Positions 51,838 to 62,058 of a stretch of DNA of 64,000 bases are shown piece after piece. The position numbers were made by a program, and so were the translations under genes. The number at the start of each line of letters is the position of its first letter. The stretch's first letter is position 1. Below the pieces are notes generated by a model. It ran no database searches. It was given only the letters and a program-made list of their open reading frames with translations, and was not told the origin of the DNA. Origin of the DNA: Eledone cirrhosa. Taxonomy: Eukaryota. The DNA is taken from the NCBI GenBank assembly GCA_964016885.1, contig OZ024745.1, forward strand, positions 19,220,001-19,284,000, read 5' to 3'.

Positions 51838-52610
51838 TCACAGCAATGAAGCATTTCACAAAGATTTTCACAGCTGTATTAACAGCAATGAAACACTTCA
51901 CATATTATCACAGCAATGAAACACTTCACATATTATCACAGCAATGAAATGCTTCACATATTATCACAGCAATGAAACACTTCACATATTATCACAGCAA
52001 TGAAATGCTTCACATATTATCACAGCAATGAAACACTTCACATATTATCACAGCAATGAAATGCTTCACATATTATCACAGCAATGAAACGCTTCACATA
52101 TTATCACAGCAATGAAACGCTTCACATATTATCACAGCAATGAAACGCTTCACATATTATCACAGCAATGAAATGCTTCACATATTATCACAGCAATGAA
52201 ATGCTTCACATATTATCACAGCAATGAAATGCTTCACATATTATCACAGCAATGAAATGCTTCACATAGATTATGACAGCACTGAAATGCTTCACAGATT
52301 ATGACAGCAATGAAATGCTTCACATAGATTATGACAGCAATGAAATGCTTCACATAGATTATCACAGCAATGAAACACTTCACATATTATCCCAGCAATG
52401 AAACGCTTCACATATTATCCCAGCAATGAAACGCTTCACATAGATTTTGACAGCAATGAAATGCTTCACATATTATCACCGCAATGAAATACTTCATAGA
52501 TTATCCCAGCAATGAGACGCTTCACATATTATCACAGCAATGAAATGCTTCACATATTATCACAGCGATGAAATGATTCACATAGATTATCCCAGCTGTA
52601 TTAACAGCAA
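51838..52610. repeat. 28-bp minisatellite (CACAGCAATGAAA[CA/TG/CG]CTTCACATATTAT), about 27 copies
   Basis: Directly visible, period 28 (51,909, 51,937...). Confidence 0.95.
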
Positions 52611-52647
52611 TAAAACATTTTCCGTTGCCGTTTCTGTTTTTCTTCAG

Positions 52648-52734
52648 CCCAGTGTGTTTACGTTTGACAATACTCCCTATGATGCTAATCTAACTTCACA
52701 AGAAAACTTACATGCATCATCTTTGAGAGAACCT
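52648..52734 (+). CDS. Exon G (87 nt, phase 0-0): PSVFTFDNTPYDANLTSQENLHASSLREP
   Basis: tttctgtttttcttcag| and |gtaagt, open frame. Confidence 0.85.
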
Positions 52735-52857
52735 GTAAGTTTTACACATACACAACAATAATAATTAAAACAAATATCACCATCAACATCACCATCATCA
52801 AGATTTATATTGTGTTCATATATATATATATGTACATTAGATATTATGTATATATAC

Positions 52858-53220
52858 CATCGTCATTATCATCATCACTGTCCATTTTTCTACACTAGCA
52901 TGGGTTAGACAAGTTGTCCCATTGTTAGACAAGTTAGATAAGATGACCATGTCTTGTTCATACAGAACTGATTCTAGCTTGGTTTCTATAATTGGATGCC
53001 TTTCCTAATGCCAACCACATTTACAGTGTCGACTGACCGCTTTTTGTTGTTACTGACACAACTACATTTACAGTGTGGAATGGACACCTTTTGTTGTGAT
53101 ACCAGCGCACCTACTTTACTGTGTGGACTGGCCGCTTTTTGTTGTTACCAACTCACCCACTTTACAGTGTGGAATGGGTACTTTTTATTGTGTTACCAAC
53201 GCACCCACTTTACTGTGTAG
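52858..53220 (-). mobile_element. RTE-tail/SINE-like element with about four satellite-related units
   Basis: catcatc...ctagcatgggttagac...ggatgcctttcctaatgccaacc followed by repeated c.ctttacagtgtgga.tgg...tttt...tg. Confidence 0.7.
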
Positions 53221-53783
53221 TTTGGGTGCTGAGGTGGGGGAGGTGCATGTTGTTGGAAAGCATTTTCATATTTGGTTGCAGTATGAAGGTCCAAAGTTTC
53301 AACTGAACCTCAAGGTGGGCATCCACCATTTGTGATCTCAAAGGTGTCTTGATTTTGGTTAAGTAGGAGAGTGTAGCTTCACAGCAGTAAGTGGTTTAAA
53401 TTGAAAAAGATAAACAAAAACATATTAATAAAAATTGAAAATTCCTTGTAAACATTTTATTCTTTCAAAAGGCCACACAAAATGGCATAGAAGGCCGCAG
53501 TTGGCCTTAAAGCTGCAGGTTCCCCATCCCTGATCTAAGAGGAAGATTGTGTAATATATAGGTAACTATTACAATGACAACTGAGAAAGAACTGATTTTA
53601 TACAGATGGTGACATTTTTATACAAGAAAACCCAGTGGTATAATAAAGACAGAAAAACTATCGCCTGCTATCATCCAGTGTTCATCAAGTACCACAACCA
53701 CCATCATCATCATCATGGTCATCTATAATAGCATACTGCCTCTCATCATCGTACTTTGTCACTTTGTCTCATTTTCAAATAAT

Positions 53784-53990
53784 GGTTTCTGATTTAAGCA
53801 CAAGTCCAACAATGTTGGGCAAAGAGGAAAGTCAATTAAATCAACCCCAGTGCATTACTGGGTCTTTATTTTATCGACCCTGTGAGGATGAAAGGCAAAG
53901 TTGACCTTGGTGGGATTTGAACTCAGAATGTAAAGAGCCAAAAACATACTGCCAAGCATTTGTTTGACAACTCTAACAACTCTGCCAAAT
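53784..53990 (-). mobile_element. tRNA-derived SINE copy
   Basis: ggtttctgatttaagcacaag...ggatgaaaggcaaagttgacc...ggatttgaactcag. Confidence 0.75.
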
Positions 53991-54283
53991 AATGATGATT
54001 ATTATTTCAGTAATAAAAAATAATCACCAATACAAAACAATTATCGCCATTGTCATCATCATCGAATTGGTCACATTGTCACCATAGAGGTACCAATTTT
54101 TTACTATTATCTCAGCAATAATAATCACCAATATAAAGACATTATCATCCTCATCAATTGATCACATTGTTATCTCAGCAATAATAATAATTACCAATAT
54201 AAAGACATTATCATCGAATTGATCACATTGTTACCATAGAGATACCAATTTTTGACTATTTTATTTATTTTCCTAATATTCAG

Positions 54284-54523
54284 CAAAATGATCTTCCATT
54301 TGATTCTACATCATATGGCAGAGGTTCTGTAGCTGAGGGAGGAAGAGTGACGCCATACCCTGGCAGTAACTATGGAAGTGGACATGATAGGCACCTTACA
54401 CCTTATTCTATGAGTGTTAATGATGTGAATGGACCACAGGGGGAAATAGTTGAACCAAATGGTAATGATGGTAGTGGTAAAAAATTTGCTCCCTATGCTG
54501 AGGAATATGGATCTGAAAGGATT
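54284..54523 (+). CDS. Exon H (240 nt, phase 0-0): QNDLPFDSTSYGRG...KKFAPYAEEYGSERI
   Basis: ttattttcctaatattcag| and |gtaagt, 80 open codons. Confidence 0.88.
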
Positions 54524-55164
54524 GTAAGTTTTATTTTTACTATGAAAATTCATTATTATTCTAGGTGGGGTGAGATATTAAGGTAAGTTCTGTTGGTAGA
54601 AACTCAGACTAGAGATTTTACAGTAACATTTTTAATTCAATTTTGCTTTTCCTTCTAATGGAATTCAACAGTATATTTTTTAAGTGCTTAGTCTGGGAGG
54701 AAAGGACCATGCCTTTTCAAGGTCTCCAAGTTGTTGGAAGGGAAGAAGGTACCCTTAATTGAAAGACCTGGTCCAAATACTTGGAATACAGTGGATTTTA
54801 CTGAAAGCCCCCAAGGGCCTAATGGTAAGTCCAGTATGTAAGTAATGTATGTAAGGACTTGAAACCAAAATGTAAATTTCTGGAAGAAATACTGCAAGAC
54901 GTCCAAAGTTTTAACAGCTATGCCAATTCAGCCCCAATAACTTCAGCTATAAATCGATGGTGATGATGCACACAAATATTTGCATATTTGCTTTGATATA
55001 AATACTTTTGTTAAACTGCTTTTAATCAAATCAGTATTGTGCAGTACTTATTGTAATGTTATTTGTGTCTTTGTCAACATTAATTATTAATATATATATA
55101 TATATATATATAAATTAATAAAATAATGAATAAACAAAGAAACAGTTCCTTATATTAAAAAAAT

Positions 55165-55306
55165 TCATCATTTTACGATCGTTTCTAGGATATATATGTG
55201 TTAGAGTTGGTATGCATATTCTATAGATCTATGTACAATATTTATACAAACTATCAGAGGGAATATACATACCTACACATATATATGCTGTCATCAGAAA
55301 TAATGA
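55165..55306 (-). ncRNA. Type-I hammerhead ribozyme motif with canonical CUGAUGA core and long helix II insert
   Basis: Minus strand: tcattattt-CTGATGA-cagcatatatatgtg...cacatatatatccta-GAAA-cgatcg-TA-aaatgatga. 9-bp helix I, palindromic helix III (ACGATCGT), GUA triplet. Confidence 0.7.
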
Positions 55307-55702
55307 TATTTGTTTATTGAAAAAAACAAAGATTCAATACAATAGGTCTGTTTGGGAACAGGTTTTGAATTGACCAATAGAGAGATAGTGAGGGTCAAGA
55401 TAGTAATATAGTAGTAGAAGAACCTTAAATTATGGGTAGAGGAAGGTAGATTTCAGTTTTGGATGGAAAAGAATATGAATGAAGGATTATTTTAGGGAAG
55501 AAAATAGGTCGTATGCTAACCTCAGAAATAATTTTATTTGTTCATTGAATAAAACCAACAAAGATCTAATATATTCTGTCTGTTTGGTAAGAGGTTTAGA
55601 ATTAACCAATTAACTTTCTATTGGTTTATTGTGTTTCTTGCTGTCAAAATTTCCATTGTACTGTTTGAAGGTTCATCTTTGGCCCAAATACAGAACTATA
55701 TT

Positions 55703-55933
55703 TGTGACCAAGTTAACCATGTTACAGTGAGTGTAACTGTATCAGTGTTAGAGATACAGTAGAAGTGTATCTGTGACCAAGTTAACCATGTTACAGTGAG
55801 TGTAACAGTATCAGTGTTAGAGATACAGTAGAAGTGTATCTGTGACCAAGTTAACCATGTTACAGTGAGTGTAACTGTATCAGTGTTAGAGATACAGTAG
55901 AAGTGTATCTGTGACCAAGTTAACCATGTTACA
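55703..55933. repeat. 69-bp tandem repeat, about 3.3 near-identical copies
   Basis: tgtgaccaagttaacc starts at 55,703, 55,772, 55,841 and 55,910. Confidence 0.95.
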
Positions 55934-56014
55934 AGGAGAGTAATAAAAATTCTAACTCCAAGAAATAATGATAAATATAAAGTGAAGTTAATATTATTCT
56001 TTCTAATCCTACAG

Positions 56015-56383
56015 AATGATCTAACACCAGATCCTTATGAGAAGTCGTTTGACTTTAATGATGAACCTGAATCCATACATTCATCCGAGCGATCTCACAC
56101 TCCACTTTATTCGGTTGTAAACAAAAATCGTGCCCCAGACCTGAATGATATAAATTCAGATATTCCAGGCTTGTCTCAACCAAATGAGTTTCCAGATCCA
56201 GAGCCAACAATTAGGACTTCTCTAGTGGATCCAATTGAAGAACCGAAGATTGAATGTGAAATTGAACCCGACATTGAACCAGATTCATTATCAATCCAAC
56301 ATTCAGATTTTGATTATCCACCACCTCTACCTATCGATGATGAACCTGTTATTGTAACAGAACTAATTGATAATGCTAGATAA
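56015..56383 (+). CDS. Terminal coding exon I: NDLTPDPYEK...TPLYSVVNK...DFDYPPPLP...VIVTELIDNAR*
   Basis: ttctttctaatcctacag| acceptor, 122 codons plus TAA. Exons A-I total 1134 nt (377 aa + stop) with no internal stop. Confidence 0.9.
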   Translation, partial: NDLTPDPYEKSFDFNDEPESIHSSERSHTPLYSVVNKNRAPDLNDINSDIPGLSQPNEFPDPEPTIRTSLVDPIEEPKIECEIEPDIEPDSLSIQHSDFDYPPPLPIDDEPVIVTELIDNAR

Positions 56384-56403
56384 AACAGCATTGCAATCAT
56401 TGT

Positions 56404-56624
56404 TTAACTCTTCAGCATTTAAACCGGCCATATCCGGCCAGAATTCTTTCGCCTCTTTCTGTTTAAACTGGCCATAACCGGCCCTTCATACTGACGTTAA
56501 GGTATTGTTCTCAAAATAAATATCAAAATCTCATAGATTCAATACTATGTGAGATAATTGTGTGAAATAAAGTCTTTACCACGAAAATATAATAGTAAAT
56601 ATAATGTAAATGCTAAAGGGTTAA
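56404..56624. mobile_element. piggyBac-like MITE with TTAA ends, 20 nt after the stop codon
   Basis: TTAA-ctcttcagcattta ... taaatgctaaaggg-TTAA terminal inverted repeats. Confidence 0.8.
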
Positions 56625-57159
56625 ACTCTCCTTGTTATATTGGTAATTCATGTAATAATAATAATAATATACGGCATACAAAAAATAGCACTACTAGGCA
56701 CTGCACACATGAGTACTTTCAATACAATAGAAACAACACCACCAAAAACCATGCTGCACATACCCAAGGCACACAGTGCTGCACTCAGTAATGCAGTAAA
56801 TATATGCAACAAAATTAAGATTAATATTTTCTGATTTAGGCACAAGGCCAATAATTTGGTGGGAAGGGAAAGTCGATTAAAATGACACCAGTGCATTACT
56901 GGTACTTTATAATAATAATTGTGATTTATTTTTATTGGTTGCTTTTGTTTTCTCTCTAGTTAGTAAGGTGCCTCATTGGTATAAAGAGACTATGATATCC
57001 ACCATTTTATATAATTACATTCATCCACACCTTTTGTCCCTAGTGTCTTCTCATTTTAATGCTTTTTTCTTCAATATGAACCTTTGAAAAGGTGTGTTAG
57101 TTTGGAATTTGGTTAAATCATCAAGCATTCACTCAAACAGATTTGTATTTTGGCTTGGC

Positions 57160-57376
57160 TTCTACAGCTGGATAAAAAGTGCCAAGAAATGCCAGTTGGA
57201 GGAAGACGCAGTAGAGGAAGACCACGGAAAACATGGGCAGAGGTGGTGAGAGCAAACCTCAGATAGCGAAGCTCACTGTGGAGATGACAAAGGACCATGA
57301 CAAGTGGAGAGATGCTGTGCTGAATAGGACCTGTCCTACCCTTGCAAGCAGGGAAAAGTGGACGTAAAATGATGAT
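57160..57376 (+). mobile_element. RTE 3'-end fragment with tail
   Basis: SWIKKCQE..VGGRRSRGRPRKTWAEVV, then gcaagcagggaaaagtggacgtaaaatgatgat. Confidence 0.7.
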
Positions 57377-57445
57377 AGATATATATATATACACACACAT
57401 ATATGCAAGCATGGTAAAAAGACATTAAACAATGGTGCTATATGT

Positions 57446-57910
57446 TTTTACGTCTGATTTGTCACACTTGCATGGGTTGGATGGGTCCTTTTCAGCAGAG
57501 CATCACTCCACACATTGTGATATTTCATCTCTACAGTGAGTTTCAGCAATTTGAGATCAGCTATCACCACCTCTGCCCAGGTCTTCCCCCTACTGCGGCT
57601 TCCTTCCACTGAGATTACTTGGTACTTCGTCAACCAATGATCACATCATATGTTCATACCAATACAGTCTTCTCTCTTGCGCACTACTTCTGATTCTTCC
57701 CATACCCAGTTTTTCTGTTTCATCAAAGCTCTGTCGTTCTCTTAGATAAACATTGCACATCCATCAAAATATGTTTGCTTCACTTCTCTCCAACTTGCAC
57801 ACCTCCTGTAGTCACTGTCCATGTTTCAGAGCTATGTAGCATAGTGCTTTGCACAGAGAAGCGATATCTTGCCAGCCTTCCATTCAGAGGGAGAAACTTT
57901 TTGTTGTCAA
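57446..57910 (-). mobile_element. RTE 3'-end fragment on the minus strand
   Basis: Minus-strand VEGSRSRGKTWAEV..ADLK, with upstream LHSSETW- and RL.WY.H-like motifs. Confidence 0.7.
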
Positions 57911-58111
57911 TATATAAACATATATATGCAAGTATGATAAAAAGATATTAAATGGTGGTTATATATGAGGGGATTGCCTGGGTTTTTTTTATGTTGTCTT
58001 CACTCACCTTTTTTTCTTTTATTCATTTACTAAGCTTTTAGCCATGCGAAATAACCTTTTCAAATATATATATATATGCAAGCATGGTGTTATTTCTGTT
58101 TACCTTTTACA

Positions 58112-58144
<33 letters not shown>

Positions 58145-58222
58145 AATGGCTTCTACAAAACTAGAACTGTTTCATTCAAAGGAAATCATCAGGAAAGCCC
58201 TTCTAGTCTTATAGAAGCCATT
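58145..58222 (-). ncRNA. Truncated hammerhead core inside a 22-bp inverted repeat
   Basis: Minus strand CTGATGA-t-ttc-cttt-gaa-t-GAAA-cag, then broken. Arms aatggcttctacaaaactagaa / ttctagtcttatagaagccatt, between TA runs. Confidence 0.45.
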
Positions 58223-58768
58223 AAGCCATTTCCATAACAAATTTGTTGTTTACACTTTACTAATGTATTGAGTACCTTACTAACTGTGGTTACCCCCAAT
58301 TGAACCCAAGACTTATATATATATATATATGCAAGCATGGTAAATATATTCTAAACAGTGGTTATATATAATGGAAAAGAGAACAACACATTAAAACTGT
58401 ATTACAAACTCCTCAGTTTTCATTTATTATACAAATATTTAATATATAAACTGTCATCCTTCCACCTCTCATTTTTATTATCTCAGTTAGTAAGAAAAAT
58501 ATCCAATTTTTAGACATCTCAATAATACCAGCCATTTGTATATGTATCGATATGTATAAGTATCCTTACAAACATATATCTATGTGTGTATATGTGACTA
58601 TATACATCTGTGTGTGTGTACTTATATATATATACACACATCTGTGTGTGTATGTATACTTGTATTTATGTTACTATATATATAACTATGTAGATGTGTG
58701 TGTGTGTTTGTATATGTGTGTGGTAGTTTCCTGCACTCTTCAATATGATTACAAAGATTATGTGGGAC

Positions 58769-58820
58769 TTAATCATTATCCTCTTCATAATTCACCCAAA
58801 TCTTTGGATCTTTGCGATTT
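58769..58820 (-). CDS. XPR1: XPR1 last coding exon: (R)NRKDPKIWVNYEEDND*
   Basis: Minus-strand acceptor catttctttcttccag|, phase 2 matching the previous exon. Acidic C-terminus resembles that of metazoan XPR1. Confidence 0.75.
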
Positions 58821-59664
58821 CTGGAAGAAAGAAATGAAGAATTAATTTAACATATATCACTAGATATTCATTACCTTCACCTGTAATCTTTCTTCATAGA
58901 CTCCATTTGTTAAATGAGGGAATTTATATATAATTGACTTATAGTCGTCTCCATTTCATTGAGCCTAGAGATTCCTAAAGTCTGGTACTTTTCCCAGTTT
59001 CCATGGCATTAATCAACTTAGAGTACAAAAATCTTCCCTGAATAGGAAGCCAGCTATTGCTGGTATTCATTTTTGCCTGTATATTGGAGCAACGTGAAAT
59101 GAAGTGTTTTGTCCAGGAATTGAACACACAACATTAAGATCAGAAGTCAAACACCCTTACCACTAGGTCATGCACCTCCAGATTGGTGAGTAACCACCAC
59201 CACTTCATAGAAATATTAAGAGGTTCTATCAACCCTGCATTGTTTCTATTTGATCATCAACCATTTTACAGAGGGTACTTGGTGCCTTTTATTATCACAA
59301 TAGCACTCTGAGTTTATGCCCTCAGCGACCTAGGTTATCACCATTACCAACCACTTTACAGAGGCTACTGGGTGTATTTGTCACAATGGCACTAGAGCGG
59401 TTGTCCTCAGGACTATTGGATCCTCTCAAACCAAGGTTATCACCATCACCAACCAGATTATAGTAGAATGTAATTTATCATGGCACTAGGAAAGGGAGTC
59501 ATGTCCTCATGGAGCGGAACGGATCTTCTCGATTTTATGTGTGTCACTGTTCAATAACCAATCACTTTACAGACTAATTGATACATTGTCTCATAGCAGC
59601 ACAAATACTAAAGATAAATTTAAAAAACACAGAAAAAGATTAATAATAGAGTTTGAGACTTTAC

Positions 59665-59847
59665 CGTTCCATGAACCTATCTCGATACTTCCGTGGCCCT
59701 AAACCTTCAGGGTCATCCATCATGTCCATTAACAGGGCTTGGTCATTTGACTCAATAGGGGCTATAGAAATGTCACGTACAGCTCGGAACTGACCACAGT
59801 TATTCAAGTGTTCATTCTCCAGACGGAAATAGTTCCAAATGAATCTT
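59665..59847 (-). CDS. XPR1: XPR1 (SPX-EXS phosphate exporter) penultimate exon
   Basis: (R)[30 protein letters not shown]...[14 protein letters not shown] matches the conserved XPR1 EXS end ([31 protein letters not shown]). Acceptor ttttctctgctacag|, donor |gtaaag. Confidence 0.95.
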
Positions 59848-60009
59848 CTGTAGCAGAGAAAATCAGCAAGATATGAGGACACATTAATATTATTCCATCT
59901 AAGAGGTGGGCTGTAGCAGTAACCCTCTATTACCATATTTCTAATGAGAAACACTCCCCCAAAATTGTGCCTAAATCAGAAACCATTATTATTATTAATA
60001 ATAATAATA

Positions 60010-60485
60010 TTGGTTACTAATTTAGACAAGGCCAACAAATTTGGGGGAGGGGAAAGTCGATTAAATTGATCCCAGTGCATTACTGGTACTTTATTTTATC
60101 AACCCCATAAAGGATGAAAGATAGAAAGATAAAGATTACCTCGGCAGGATTTGAAATCAGAACATAAAGGGTTGTAACTCTATGCCACAAAGCATGTTGT
60201 CAAAGGCTCAACTGATACTGCTAATCCACCACCCTTAATGGTTTCTGATTTAGGTACAAGGCCAATAATTGGAGAGGAGGGCTCATCATTTAACATCCAT
60301 TTTCCACACTAGCATGGGTTAGATATACATTTTCCATGCTAACATGGGTATGTCGATTAAATCGGTCCTAGTGTATTACTGGTACTTTGCCTTTCATCCT
60401 TATGGGGTTGATAAAATAAAGTTGACCTCTGCAGGATTTGAACTCAAAACATTTTGTCCGATGTTCTATTGATGCTGCCAAACCA
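60010..60485 (-). mobile_element. Two adjacent tRNA-derived SINE copies, one with a nested fragment
   Basis: Repeated ggtt.ct.atttag..acaaggccaa...gtcgattaaat...attactggtacttt...ggatttgaa.tca. Confidence 0.65.
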
Positions 60486-60519
60486 CCCATAATAACAAGG
60501 GTTTAACAATGGATTCTAA

Positions 60520-60735
60520 TTAAACCCTTTGGCATTTAAACTGGCCAGAATTCTATCACTTCTTTCTGTTCAAACTGGCCATAAATGGCTGCTCATACTG
60601 ACGTTAACGTATTGTTCTCAAAATATATAACATTAAAATCTCATAGATTCGATATTATGTGGGATACTTATGTAAGATATAGCCTTTGCTACAAAAATAC
60701 AATAGTATATGTAGAGTAATGTAAATGCTAAAGGG
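60520..60735. mobile_element. piggyBac-like MITE copy
   Basis: aaccctttggcatttaaactggcc...aatgtaaatgctaaaggg. Confidence 0.7.
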
Positions 60736-61019
60736 TAGCACAAAAACAGCAATTCGGGGAGGAGGAGAAATAATCAACTCCAGTACTTGACTAAAGACAG
60801 CAAACAGGCAATTGTTCTGAGTTCAAATCTAGCTGAGACCTACTCAACCTTTTATCTGTTTGGAGTCAATAAATAAAGTACCAGTCCAGGGCAGTGGATT
60901 GGTGGAATGATTAGAACGTTGGATAGGATACCTTGTGGTATTTATTAGTCCTGTACATTATCCTACCTCGTGTCACTTGAAAAATATGGACACTCATACA
61001 TTTCATATATTCTCGCTCA

Positions 61020-61570
61020 TACTGAGCATAAGAGGAATCAAATACTGTGTGAAGGAGAGGAGGTTGCGTTGGTATGGACATGTGATGCGTATGAAGGATG
61101 ACAGCTGCATAAAAAGGTGCAGAGCACTAAAAGTCGATGGAAGCCTGGGATGATGTGATAAAAGCTGATCTTGCCCAATTGCACTTCTCAAAGATGATGA
61201 CATAGGACTGATACCTCTGGTGTTATGCAGTAATACAGAAGACCCGACTTCCCATGGGTACAAACTGAAGCATATAGACAATATGCCCCACCCCCTCCCA
61301 CTGCAAAGTGGTCGTGGAGGTGTCACGGCAAAAAAGCACCCAGCCCACACTGTAAAGTGGTCGTATAGGCGCCATGGTAAAAAAACACCCAGCACTCACT
61401 GTAAATGAGGTTGGTGTTAGGAAAGGCATCCAGCTGTAGAAATCAAGCCAAAATCAGTTCCCGTATGAGCAAGACAAGGTCACCCGACCTGGCATTGCCC
61501 ACAACAGGACAACCTGTCTAACCCATGCTAGCGTGGAAGAATGGACGTAAAACAGTGATGATGATGACAT
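61020..61570 (+). mobile_element. RTE 3' ORF fragment followed by a tail element containing 2-3 satellite monomers
   Basis: LSIRGIKYCVKERRLRWYGHVMRMKDDSCIKRC. 61,318-61,360 is the reverse complement of a nearly perfect satellite monomer. Ends ggacgtaaaacagtgatgatgatg. Confidence 0.8.
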
Positions 61571-61576
61571 TCCATA

Positions 61577-61775
61577 TCATCATCATTGTCATTCAATGCT
61601 CATTTTTCTATGCTAGCATGGGTTAGATGAGTTCTGATGTGAGACAAGTTAGATCAGGTGACTGTTTCTGGCTTGGTTTCTACAGCTATCTGCCTTTCCT
61701 AACGTCAACCACATTTACAGTGTGGACTGGGTGCTTTTTATTGTGTCACCAATTACAGGTGGATTGGGTACTCTT
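61577..61775 (-). mobile_element. Same tail-element family, opposite orientation
   Basis: catcatcat...atgctagcatgggttaga...cctttcctaacgtcaaccacatttacagtgtggactgggtgc. Confidence 0.65.
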
Positions 61776-61851
61776 TCATCTTATGGGTATGTATCAACAA
61801 TCTATGCAATCTATATATCACATACTCTAGACAATCACCACCACTCCAACA

Positions 61852-62058
61852 TTAACCCTTTAACATTTAAACCAGCCAGAATTCTCCCACTTCTTTCTGT
61901 TCAAACCGGCTGTAACCGGCCACTCATACCAACATTAAGGTATTGTTCTCAAAATAAATAATATCAAAATCTTATAGATTTGATATTATGTGAAATAATT
62001 ATGTGAGGTAAAGCCTTTACCATGAAAATACAACTGTAAATATAGAGTAATGTGATTG
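61852..62058. mobile_element. piggyBac-like MITE copy
   Basis: ttaaccctttaacatttaaaccagcc, with body matching 56,404. Confidence 0.7.

Noticed and set aside
58871-58890. Possible 6-nt XPR1 microexon (minus strand ttacag|gtgaag|gtaatg)
   Set aside because: The region upstream of the AG is purine-rich with no pyrimidine tract, and the flanking exons already join in frame.
59848-59954. N-terminal part of the 97-aa minus-strand ORF
   Set aside because: XPR1 similarity begins at RFIWN after a good acceptor, and the preceding EVFR is found at 63,992-64,000, so this part is intronic.
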